A DNA stretch of 64,000 bases, taken from contig NW_019217901.1 in NCBI RefSeq assembly GCF_002571385.2, positions 253,091 to 317,090 of the forward strand, in the 5' to 3' direction. How positions within the stretch are numbered: the stretch's first letter is position 1; each line of letters starts with the position of its first letter. Source of the DNA: Stylophora pistillata (lineage: Eukaryota). The position numbers and the translations under genes were made by a program. Below are positions 1-11,460 of this stretch, in pieces. The notes under the pieces are model-generated. The model saw nothing but the letters and a program-made list of their open reading frames with translations. It ran no database searches and was not told the DNA's origin.

Positions 1-69
1 ATGTTCCCACCAATCACGTAGCTCCATTTTCTGCCTCTAAAAGCACACACAACCCACAATTCCTCTATT

Positions 70-165
70 CGCTCCGACGAAGGGCTAACGCTCGAAACGT
101 CAGCTTTTATAACCGTAACGGCGGCCAATTTACCATTTCAACTTTGTTGATATATTCAAATTACT
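70..165 (+). mobile_element. Penelope-like terminal-repeat fragment with a minimal hammerhead-like motif
   Basis: gct-CCGACGA-agggctaacgctc-GAAA-cgtc-agc; a diverged homologous copy lies at 33074-33170. Confidence 0.6.
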
Positions 166-189
166 TTGTTATTAGTGTTTTCTTCTTAC

Positions 190-3100
190 ACTGTAGAATC
201 ATCTCTATCTCGTAAGCCTTGGAACTCGACCATCCAGGGATACTGTTTGTGGCCTTGCACTTGTAAACTCCCTCCTGCTCTTCTCGGCCACTGGGAAGGT
301 ATAGAGTGCTATGAAGATATTTTCCTTTCTTCTCCTCTGAGTGATAAATACCCTCAGTTCCGTTAATGATCAGTTTCTCGTCCTTGTACCAATTCACCGT
401 AGTAGGCAGAGGCCATCCAGAGAAAATGCATTTTAAACTGGTTTCTTTGCCATGGAAAATATCATTTGGCGAACTTGAGCCGTCGTAAATTTCAAGGGCA
501 TCTGAAAGAAAGCAGCAGTCATTTTCCTAGCTCGCACATATATCTGAGTAACTAGTTTGAAGACGGAACTGAGTAACAGTCTGTTGTGTGGTTTGATCGT
601 CTGAGTAAGGACTTTAAGCAAACTATGACAGCGACGGCAACTAGAGAACGTGGAAAAACAATAGATCTAATTGGCAGAACAATAGCCCAGCACGTGCGTT
701 TTAAACTTTGTACATATCTTAGCCGTCCTTTGCAAAACAACAACGTGAAATCACCAAAATTTGCGTCATCTGCGAAGCGAAACCGCGGTGGCCAATTATA
801 CTACTTTTATGCGTTATGTTGAGTTTGAGGTCTGGCGCCCTATGAGACGGTAAACACATGCATCCATTTTCGAAATTCTAACTAAAAGAAGAAACTCATT
901 TTTTAATCGACGTCTTCCGTGGCGTTGCCGTCCTGACTGCTTAAAGTCCCTAGTAAGTGACTGACGTTTCCCCAAACTGAACGGAAGTCAAGATCAAATG
1001 GATCATTTTGATCACCAGAAATCGGGGAAATTTCGAGCCCGGTACCAAATGTCAGCGGTATATCCTATTTCAGACAAATTCAATATGGCGGCGGTGGAAG
1101 TGAAGTGAACAGGTAACTTTCTATTTTCGTAAAACCCCCCCAGAGAAAGGCTTGGTACCTTACTATCCCAGAAAGCCAAAGGAGACGTCAAAACAAGGAA
1201 AATGGCGGCCAAATTGTGCAGTGGCAGGGACTTATATCTTTCGTGTTCTTCCTTCCTAAAATTGGGGTATTTAAAAATGGTATATTGAGCTTTTGAGCTC
1301 TGCCGTGAAAATACGAAGAGTCTCCCGGCTCAAGGAAAATTTGTGGGCCAACATATTCGACCGTTCACGAGCGATTTAGTTGAGCAAACTTCTGCAGGAT
1401 GCATATCGAACTACGCATTTACGAATCTTCACAAGGTTGTTCCCACGACAAAAGAATTGTAAAACCTAGTGGAAGCAGAATTTCAGAGTTTGTATGGGAA
1501 AATGGAGTCAGAATTATGAGTTTACTGGCCAGTACCTTGGGAAAAGGTATGTTTGAATTTGAGTATTTTTTTTCGTAGCGATGGGCGCTTTAACCGATGC
1601 AGGCTGCATTTCCAACTACGCAGCGTAAGAATATCCCAGTCTTAGACAGCTATTTTGAAAAAACAATCTTTTCCCATACGTTTTCTTATACTGTTTCGGC
1701 GCCATTTTGCTTGTAACACTAGAACCGCCTCCGCCATATTGTCCCAAATTTGTGGCAATGCGGGGAATAAAACAAAAGAAATTAATCATTCATCCCTTAA
1801 CCTTGATGTGATTCGTTTTATTCTCCCTAATCTCGGAGCAACGTTTGAATTTTAATATATCGAAAAGGACCTATTGGAGTGAAGCCTACGAAACGTCAGT
1901 CCAGATTAACGATCAAAGTCAATCAAGTTTCAGGTCCACCCTCACCCTGATGATTAGAGTACACTACTCACGACGTCAATACGTCGTAAAATGGCTCGAT
2001 GTGCCACAACCTACTCATGGTTTTGTTTTAAACAGAGTAAAATCATAAGTGATTCAACTAAAAACTAGGCGGGACAGCTCGAACAAAACTTTCCTCAGGG
2101 ATCCCCCCAGCCCACCGTGTCTTCCTCTTCAATCCTACCCAGGGCCCAAGTTGTGTTTTCCTCCCAATGTGGGAAAGGCTGGCAGATTTGATCAATCGGT
2201 CACTTACGTGTGAAAAGTATCGAGGTACATTCACATGAAAAGTTTTTATCCTTTGTCGAACTCCAGCAATACAAATACATATCTGTGGAACTGCTGCTGT
2301 TTTCCAAACGCTGCTTTGTCTCATTCCATGTCATGCCTGGTTTCAGTCTCCCAGTGATCGAGGAGTTGAGGGTTACATTGGAGTCTGGATCTAACGTCAA
2401 CGGTTCTGTATATTGACATCCTGATGACGAGGCTCTAGAGCAGGAAGACCTAATTTCGCATTTCCTGTCAGCTGCGGATGACCCATCAGCTAGAAGAAAA
2501 GTCTTATGATCAAGTCTTCTTGTCTGTTAAAAGTGACCATGATGAAACGCAGTTCATCGAGAAGGACAAATGCAACCATAATTACGGTTGTGATAATTAT
2601 ATAGACGAATCGATTCTCATTAATTTCTTGAAATAAATTATCCCGGCTGCTTCTTTTGAACTGTTGTTCGTGCATGGAAGAGACGAATTAGGAACTCATT
2701 CTGTATTTGGTACTAGAATGATCATTTTTCCAAACTGATGTCGTGTCAAGATTTTTTGTTCAAATTACGTAAGAGTAAATTGCGGCTTATTTATATCCTG
2801 CTTCATTAGTGTAAAATTGGAACTGCTCATCAGATAATAGTGTACGCAGCGGCTTTTTTTAAAGTCTGTTAAATCGATTAGTTGACTTTTTTTTTTAAAA
2901 AATTTTGAACACGCGAATTTTATGTTAATGTTTTTTCTAACTTTCCTCAATGTCCCTAGACAAAAACCAATTAAAAGAAAAAAAAACCCTGGAGGTCTGA
3001 TCTCGTCCGTCACCGACAGACTGACCAAAACTGTATCTGACACCGGGTTTTTTAGCTTATTTTTTCAATCAACACGTCCTGGCGGAAATGACCTTCCTCG

Positions 3101-6100
3101 GGCGTTTTGTAAAAAAATTATACTTTGTAATTAAAAGTATAAAATCAATTTTGCTTATTATCAGGAAATGGACCACAATGATAGCGGTCGTCTTATGAAA
3201 CGTCTTGCAGTATACATTTGTATCACGGCAATAACCTTTAGTTGTGCATATTTCAATCACTGAAAATCTTAAACTGAGACCTGCCTAGCTGTTTAAAAGA
3301 AGAACCTGAAATGGAATAAGATGCGGAAAATCGACCATGATTATATATATTTCCGATTAATGGCAGAATTGTTAATTCCATAATCACTTTTTGGAGCCGC
3401 TTTTGCTAAACGTTGGCAGGTCGTACGTGCGTCAGTTCGCTCTCCGTAAACCTACACCCTTCACGAAATAAACCCTCTTATATAGGATTTTTAATTGATA
3501 AGCCAAGCTACTGAAGTGCCACAAGTTGTTTCCGAACAACGTTGCTGACGCGTCCAGTATAACTAATTAACATTTGGGGTTTTGAGTACAAACCGAAACT
3601 GGGGCAATATAACGGCTTCTAGAAAGATTTTTGTCACTACCCAGAAATCTACCAAAGTGAAATTTCTTTTCTTTAAAAAGTTACCAGTAAAGAGAGGCTT
3701 AACTTTGTTCTTGAAAACACTCACAGAAACTGAAAGGTTGTTTAAATAAATAAAAGAGAAAGAAAATCATTAAACAGATGGCAAAACTTGTCTTAAAACT
3801 ACGTCAATTCTTAATTTGAAGATTGATATCACATGTCACAGCTAGTATTTCACATGCAAAACAAATCCTTCGAAAATCTTTACTGGGGCGTGAATATCTA
3901 AACAGTAAAAGGAATAACAGCATCTGTAGCCAGAAAGATCAGTGTGGGTCTTTAGATTGGCGACCTCGTTACATTCAAAAATTCAGACGGACCAAAAAGT
4001 CATTGTTACCGCTGATAAATATCTTGAATCATGCGCTAGTGGATTTTTTTGAAATAATTATAAGATGAAAGCTCTCTCCTTTAATTTTAAACTGAAGGGG
4101 CATCCTCATTGAAAGGTCGATACGATGGAAGACCATGGGGTAACGAAAGCTTGTTTTTGTTTGGCTCTATGCAGTAAGCACTATAGTTTGATGTCAGTCA
4201 GGCTTTATGGTGAGGGAACCGAAAGGTAAAATTTGAGACTCGCGTAACAACGAGAACCTTGTTTGAAATTTGTGCAAAATGGAGACAAATTCAGCCACAG
4301 AGCTCGTTGTCGTTATGTAACTTCGTTTTGTAAGTTTACCATCCACATCAATTAAATATTGCGTTAGAGTTTCAGCACGCTCTTTCCCGTTTGGTTTTGC
4401 AATATATCACCTTCTAGTAACAGGAATAGTTTCAAACGACAGCGATCGGACATGGAAGCTTATTGCTCACTACCTATACAGTAGGGAACCCTTGACCTAG
4501 ACCACTGGCTAGATGAAAAATCTCAGACTCTGAGAACTTTGAAAAAAAAAAAAACTGAAAACGCGAGACCACGAGACAGAGATGAAATACACCATAGACA
4601 AGACTTGGAGACTGTTCTCAAAGGCTAAAAGATTTAGAAGTTGAATAAAAAATCTGTGAGACAAGATGTTTTCAAGGTATCGTTGAATTTCGCCGCCTTG
4701 GACAACTGGAAAACCGCTTGCCTTTTAATGTACACGGTATAATAGTAAGTGTATAAAAAAGAAAATCATTGACTCTACCTCGAGTTATGAGAAGAAACAA
4801 AGAACATGTCAAAAAGTATTTCATCAGACAAGTTCTGAAGTTTTTCCGGCGGCGCTGGTAATCCATCATGTTTACAAGATCATGAACGCCGAATTGAGTG
4901 GCCCGAGGCGCTCTATTCTTCCGAACTTTATTCGTCAATAGTATCCCCTTGAAATTTGTTTTATGGGCTGCCCACGCTGTTCTCATCTTGAACAGTATTA
5001 CCTCTTTTCATTCAGTTCCTTGTTGCTAACAAAAAGCAATTGATCTTTTTATTCATTACAGATAACTTCCTACAACTCTACGGTGTATTAGGAAAGGTGT
5101 GGTTTCAATTTATTGACGAAATTAGATTCAAACTATCCCGGAAAATGTCACGTTCCCTGTTGAGAAGCCATCGCATTGATATGCCAACCACTTTAAACTA
5201 AGGCCCCGTTTACAGTGGAACCTCGATTTAACGAAGTGCCAAGGGACTGGGGAAATTGGTTCGTTATATCGAGGGTTTGTTATATCGAGGGTTCGTTATA
5301 TCGAGGGTTCGTTATATCGAGGGTTCGTTATATCGAGGGTTCGTTATATCGAGGGTTCGTTATATCGAGGGTTCGTTATATCGAGGGTTCGTTATATCGA
5401 GGGTTCGTTATATCGAGGGTTCGTTATATCGAGGGTTCGTTATATCGAGGGTTCGTTATATCGAGGGTTCGTTATATCGAGGGTTCGTTATATCGAGGGT
5501 TCGTTATATCGAGGGTTCGTTATATCGAGGGTTCGTTATATCGAGGGTTCGTTATATCGAGGGTTCGTTATATCGAGGGTTCGTTATATCGAGGGTTCGT
5601 TATATCGAGGGTTCGTTATATCGAGGGTTCGTTATATCGAGGGTTCGTTATATCGAGGGTTCGTTATATCGAGGGTTCGTTATATCGAGGGTTCGTTATA
5701 TCGAGGGTTCGTTATATCGAGGGTTCGTTATATCGNGGGGGGTAGGAGAGGGGACGAGTTGTCTCACCTCGGCAGGTAGGGTAACCCCGGGCAGGTGGGA
5801 CAACTTTTACTCATGTAAACACCTTGTCTCGCTTTCCCGAGACGAGACAACTCGAACAGTAAAAGCGTGCGCACGCTATAACCAGAGCCCGCCACTTTTT
5901 CGAATATATAACCTGGTCTGGCCGAACAAAATTTCATATTAACGCTCCGTAAAGTTGTCTCGGGGGGAGGGTTGTCTCGCATATCCGAGACTATATAAAT
6001 GGGGCCGGCCTAAGTGGGCTTATCACTATCGCCTTAGTCAAGTGATTTATCTCCACAGTCCAAATGCATTCGGAAGATTTCGTCTTGGCCGTAATCAGTC

Positions 6101-7818
6101 AAGAGTTTGTCTGCTCCGTGTATTTTCTTTTCTCCTCAAATTTTATAATCACTTGTATATCTTCAGATACAACAAATAAGGATATTGAAAACTTCTCTCA
6201 CCAAAGATGGTCTTTTCAACGTTTGCTTAAATTCACAGACCATATTTTAAATATCATTGCTTTCGATTTCCTTTCAAAGAATTGGCAATTCTTTGGAGGA
6301 AAAATTGAAAAAAAACCCCAAAAATCCGGAAAACTGAGCAATAGGTGGAATAGGTCGTGCAAAATTGTTTTGCAAATACAACTCCACAGTCCTTCTTTCC
6401 TTTCCGTGCATCTATAACCTAACGCTACTTTAAATTCATTGCAGGTAACAGCTGTTGTAAACAGCATGACGGCTCTATCTCATGTTGTCTGACAACATTT
6501 AAGAAGGTCACGTGTCTCTCTCTCTAATGGTAAAAACGTTCACTTTGTTTTCAGACAGGATTATATTTACCCTCTGCGGGTATCTATTAACAGTGAAGTA
6601 GGTGGCAAAAAGTTTAAAGTAGTCACACAAAAAGGTTAGGAACAACATTCAATTTCAGTTCATTTCTTAGTTTTCAGATGTTCACTGTTAATTTATGCAT
6701 ATTGAATGAACAAATTGATCAATTCTGTTTCATTGTGCCCTTTGCCAAAAGAAAAATCATCCCGCTGACTCGAACTCAAAGCTAGGGGGAAAAGTAAATT
6801 GTTTGGAAAACTGGAAAGCTCGGCCTGGCTAAATATAGATATATAAAGAGAAATGGCTTGAATTGGAACTCCCAGTTCGACAGTATTTTCTAGTTCGTTT
6901 GCTTGTTTTTATGGGGAATTTATTTTTATGCGCCCTCTAAGATTTACTTAAGAGCACTAAGGTAAATATGGTTGCGAAATCGCCATGCAATTTCTTAATT
7001 AGGTCTCTTATGAAACATATGTAATTTCCGCTCTCTACGTACTAGATGATCTTTAGATCATAACACTCATGCCGATCACATGATGGCCTTCTGTTGCAAC
7101 ACACAATAAATACTGAGATATATTTTAACTTTTTTTCAGAATGGGACTCGGAAAGGAGAAAGAATATGATTTTACCATGATCTGTAGCGAGACACTGCTG
7201 CAGCAGATAGGAAGTCATTTCGTGACCACGATGGACGAATCTACAACCCAGGGATCATTACTGATCGCTATTTAGTTATAAACAGAAAAGGCTAGCGCAT
7301 GGCGATTTTCCAATTAGCTTTTGGTCATCATTTTGTTAAAATGAAAACAAAAGGTTTCTTTTCGGGTTGAAGGCGAATCACGTAGAAAACTAAAGGAACC
7401 GATACAAGCATCAAAATTCCTACTTTGTGGATTTACCTTTAAATGTTGCCATATGTGCTAAAAGATACATTAAATTAAATAAGCATGCCTTTGAAAAAGT
7501 CCTCTTTTAGTGCCAAAAGGGGAAACTTTGAATTTCTTGTTGCTCATTCATAACGAGAAGCTGAAATGAAAACCCCTGCGGCTGACCGAGCCTGTTAAAA
7601 CTAGGTTAGTTTTTTTTTCCTTTTGAGTAGTTACCTGCCACCAGAATCCATGCTCATGAAAACATTATTTAATGCCCCTGACACTAAACAATTTTTTGAA
7701 GAAATCTTCAGCGGTTATAGATTACAGTACACGAGAAAAGTTAGAACATCTTACCTTTTTTAAACATGAGAAGCAACATGATGAAAACTTGAAACTCGAC
7801 ATAGCTGGAGAAAAACAT
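190..7818 (-). CDS. Ig-domain secreted/cell-surface protein, 5' part (continues beyond the left edge; possibly a receptor)
   Basis: Three phase-compatible GT-AG exons. 7755-7818 encodes a signal-peptide-like MFFSSYVEFQVFIMLLLMFKK (phase 1). 2208-2489 is Cys-rich (ADGSSAADRKCEIRSSC...CECTSILFT, phase 1-1). 190-501 is an Ig domain (LKCIFSGWPLPTTVNWYKD...EGVYKCKATN, phase 1-1). Other exons may have been missed. Confidence 0.72.
608..950. mobile_element. MITE with about 13-bp TIRs, inserted into a Penelope-like repeat fragment
   Basis: Left end AGGACTTTAAGCA, right end TGCTTAAAGTCCC, TA on both flanks. The flanks (580-607 and 951-990, gtgactgacgtttc...cggaagtca) resemble the repeat at 15281-15362. 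Confidence 0.7.
1878..1970 (+). mobile_element. Degenerate Penelope-like terminal-repeat fragment
   Basis: cgaaacgtcagtc...ccctcaccctgatgat is the reverse complement of the family seen at 580-990 and 15281-15362. Confidence 0.4.
5201..6006. mobile_element. Nested MITEs: an outer GGCCCC-type element containing a TA-inserted CAGTGGAACCTCG (Tc1/mariner-like) element
   Basis: Outer ends aggccccgttta (5201-5212) and taaatggggcc (5996-6006). The inner element starts TA|CAGTGGAACCTCGATTTAACGAA at 5213. Confidence 0.55.
5258..5735. repeat. 16-bp minisatellite (GGTTCGTTATATCGAG) x about 30
   Basis: Near-perfect head-to-tail copies with one variant copy; the array ends at the N at 5736. Confidence 0.97.
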
Positions 7819-10641
7819 CGCACTGTTTCACGAATCTATGCCAGCTGCTGAAAAAGAGATTCTCTCTGACTTACAGACGTTTGGTCTTTAGTGTTTACTT
7901 TCAATCTCTTCTTTGGACTGATTTTAAAGATGTTTTACAGACAGTTGGTTAATAAAATTATATGCAATAGCTGCATGGACTGACAAAGTTACCGTGAAAA
8001 CGCACTGGGAGACGTTCGGATGACTTCCAAAAGTCACTCCACACTGACATGTGTAAAATGAAAATAAGGTGGTGAAGCAGGTTCGGAAACGCACGAGAAA
8101 CATCGATCAAATTCTTACATTAAAAATTAATTCTATTATTGTCCTCTGAATACGTAGGTGGTTGCATAAGGCTTAAGTAAATAAATTAATAATGCGTCTA
8201 TCTTATGATCGACTAAGTTCTTGTTGGGTTATATCACGTTGCACGGCAACTCAATATTGCAATCGTCGATAGAGACTTTCTTGATTTTAAGATAATTTTT
8301 TTTTAGTCCGTGTGTAATTTTTGTGTGGTCCTGGCTTGCTTTTCACTCTGCTATACGTTATTGTAGCACTTTGTTGCCGTGTACGTTTAAGAAAGTTAAA
8401 CACTGAAAACGATCATTTTGCATATGTCTAGAAACCAATAAAGTTAACGAGAATGCTGATCAATATCAAAATGACTGTTGGTTGCCAAGTATTCTCCCCA
8501 AGTTAGGAAGGGGGCATAGGTTATGATAAGGTTCGATCGTTTTTAATGCATGGTTACATTCAATTGCGAGTCTCAGTCTCTAGCGTGGACGAAACAGCCT
8601 TGAGTTGCCAAAATCGATAGTAATGGATGTCAGAGATTTAAACACCATACTTCGTTGCATTTGAAACAGGGTCTTTCTTCCTTTTTTGATCAAATTTGCA
8701 ATCGTTGGTATGACTGAAAATCAATTGACAAAAGCTAGCGGAAATTTTTGAACTTTGATACAGTCACAGTCAATTTTCACAGATCAATTTATCCGTTTAC
8801 AGCTAGGTTCCGCAAAAAAAAAAAAAAAAAATGGTAATTTTCTTCAAATGATTTAATCGTAGATAGTTAATTCTTTCCCCCTCTCCTATGAACTATTGCC
8901 GCGTTACAAAACTGGGTTCCAAAAATTCAGTAGTAAAAAAAAAGACCATGAAAACGCCGACTGTTTCTAAAATTTAATCATGTGAATCCTGCAGGAGAAA
9001 GTCGAAAAATAATGTAGTCCTTAACATTTCAATTAAGCGACTGTTTTTTTACACCCAGCTGCTTTTTATCCTACAACCGCCGCAACCCATCGTCAGGAAT
9101 TTAAAAGCTGGAAGATTAGCCATCACTATGACCTTATTTCAACCAACAGTAGTCGATGAGTAAGACAAATCGATTCTGCATGACAATGAAGAATGGAAGA
9201 CATACATAAAATCATCTACGCGCAGAGTACACCAGCTGATGTGATCCGGAAACTATATTTTTACATTGGAAATTCAGCCTACATGAAGCGGATATCCAGC
9301 TCGCAGAAAGGACCTCGTCGGTCACGAATAACGATAAACTGTTGCCATTTTCGTGCTTAACCCAAAGGAAAGAACGATGCCATCCAGGGGATCCAATACA
9401 GGCCAATTGGGATGAAAATGAAATCTGAATTTAGACCGATTCAAATTTAATTCAATTTGGCAAAATTGATTCACAGGCAGATATTATTTCCAAATAAATA
9501 ATTAAATAGGAGAATGAATCGAAGTGAGTATTGTTGGTTTGCCCTCTGTGACCTTACGGCTAATGAATCAGTGGTTAACTTAGGGGCGTGAATAACAACA
9601 AAGAGGATCCAAAATCAGTCAGAACTTAAAACTGATTCCCACCCCGTACTTGACTTCAAATGAAAGTCATGCAGTAAATTTGATTCGGTTCATGAGAAAT
9701 GCGGCGTCTGAATACTCTTGAAGATGTCACCGATAAAAGAAAAAGAAAAAAAGTAACCCTGTAGAATGGCTGCTGTTTGCTAGAAATCAAACCACGTAAT
9801 TGTAAACTGAAACAATCTACTGCCCACAGTTTTTCATCCAAATTTACATGAAGAAACACCCGCTTGAATCGTGATCTCGCGAACAAATGACGCCGCGTGG
9901 ATCGACCTAATCCCAAACTTAGCCATGTGATGAACGCTAAAACTTAAAAAAAAATTAGCAAGATGGCATCTAGATTTTGTCTTGCATGTAAAACTCAGCT
10001 GAATTAAAAAAAGATGCCCAACACTCTTCGTCTCAGAAAAATTCAACAAAACCCCCATATTTACCCGCCCACACCCTTGCTAGCCAGATAACCCCACCCT
10101 CTTCAACAGAACACCCCACATCCACATTAACGTCTACTCAACACTGATAAAGTTCATAGCAAGATGATCAGGTTTCAAGTGATACAGGCAGCTATCTGCA
10201 CTATTTTAAGAAGCTTACATGCCAATTTCAGTGAACCATAATTATTGATCATAAAAGAGAGATCGCGTTCATGAAAAAATAAAAATGGGGGATCTGCTGG
10301 ATAAAAGCAGGTAGGGATGTTCACACGGTTGGGGAAGGCTCTAAAAGGCAGATTTTCCTTCCACCATTTGCCTTCTGTTTTCAATTTGCATACAAAGGAT
10401 TTTGTTATTGGCCCCCTTGGCTGATATACATTTGTATTTCCTGCACTTAGGATCTTCTTGCAGCGATCCTATGACATAAGAAACGTCCAGTAACTGGGAT
10501 CATTTCCCTGCCGAAAAAAAAAATTCCCCAAAAGCAAACCGCACGTAAACTTTCGACCACATAACAAAAACGAGCTGTATCGCAGTGGAAACGTCGCGAC
10601 CAATACAATTTATGATGTGATTTCTACATCGTGAGATAAAC

Positions 10642-10725
10642 GGTTAAGGTTTAGAGTTTAGGGTTTAGGGTTTAGGGTTAGGGTCAGGTTTAGGGGCTAG
10701 CGCTAGGGGTTTAGGTTTAGGGTTA
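10642..10725 (+). repeat. Degenerate telomere-like (T)TTAGGG tract
   Basis: ggttaaggtttagagtttagggtttagggtttagggttagggtcagg...tttagggtta. Confidence 0.7.
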
Positions 10726-11460
10726 CATGAAACAAACGATGCTTTAAAGGAAAGGTTAATAGCGTGATCCAATTATGCAAAGGGGGGTCCACATCTGGTA
10801 GCGGGATTTAGATGAGAGGGATCCAATTCTGCTGTGAGACCTGTCTTATCCAAGAAGATGGTGTACTAAGGAAAAGCGCGCGCAAATCCACATTCTACGA
10901 TAACCACGACTGATATCTATTTGCTCTTTGCCATATAGATACGAAGACAGGGAATAGGTTACGAGTAAAACTAAAATAATCAGTCCACACTTTAATACTT
11001 TCCACTTGAATAACTTCCATCCCACAATACTTATTATTTTGAGCAGACACTCATTCTGTTCAACATGTTTTGCCTGCTGTTTCTGTTTCAACAATTAGCA
11101 CCAGAACTAAAGCTCTTATAATAATAAAAATCTGTTAGAGCTAGTTTACAGGCATCAAACGGCTCCTGCTCTTTAACATTCTTGCTTTTGAAACAGTTTA
11201 TCGAAATTAGCCAATATTAATTTCGCGTTTTCGGTCTTAAAAAAAAGCTTTACTGTACAATTTTAATGATATCATAACGAAAAGTATGGAGAAGGAGACT
11301 CAAAAATTCGCTCAACTACAAGGTGTTGGGAAAACATAAGGCGACTGGCGAGGCATAATTTTCGGAAAGAGATACTCCTCCTTGTGTCCGGGCTCCAGAG
11401 GGCATGTTACGAAGGAATCGGTGAGGCAGAGAACTGCATGAATCTTTCAGCGGTTGGCTC

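Noticed and set aside
1040-1760. Segment bracketed by inverted caatatggcgg / ccgccatattg motifs
   Set aside because: It may be a transposon relic or a regulatory region, but no TIR ends, TSD or recognisable ORF could be defined.
5215-5942. 176-aa and 228-aa repetitive ORFs; possible CRISPR-like array
   Set aside because: These are read-through translations of a 16-bp tandem repeat. There are no unique spacers and no cas genes, and the context is a eukaryotic intron.
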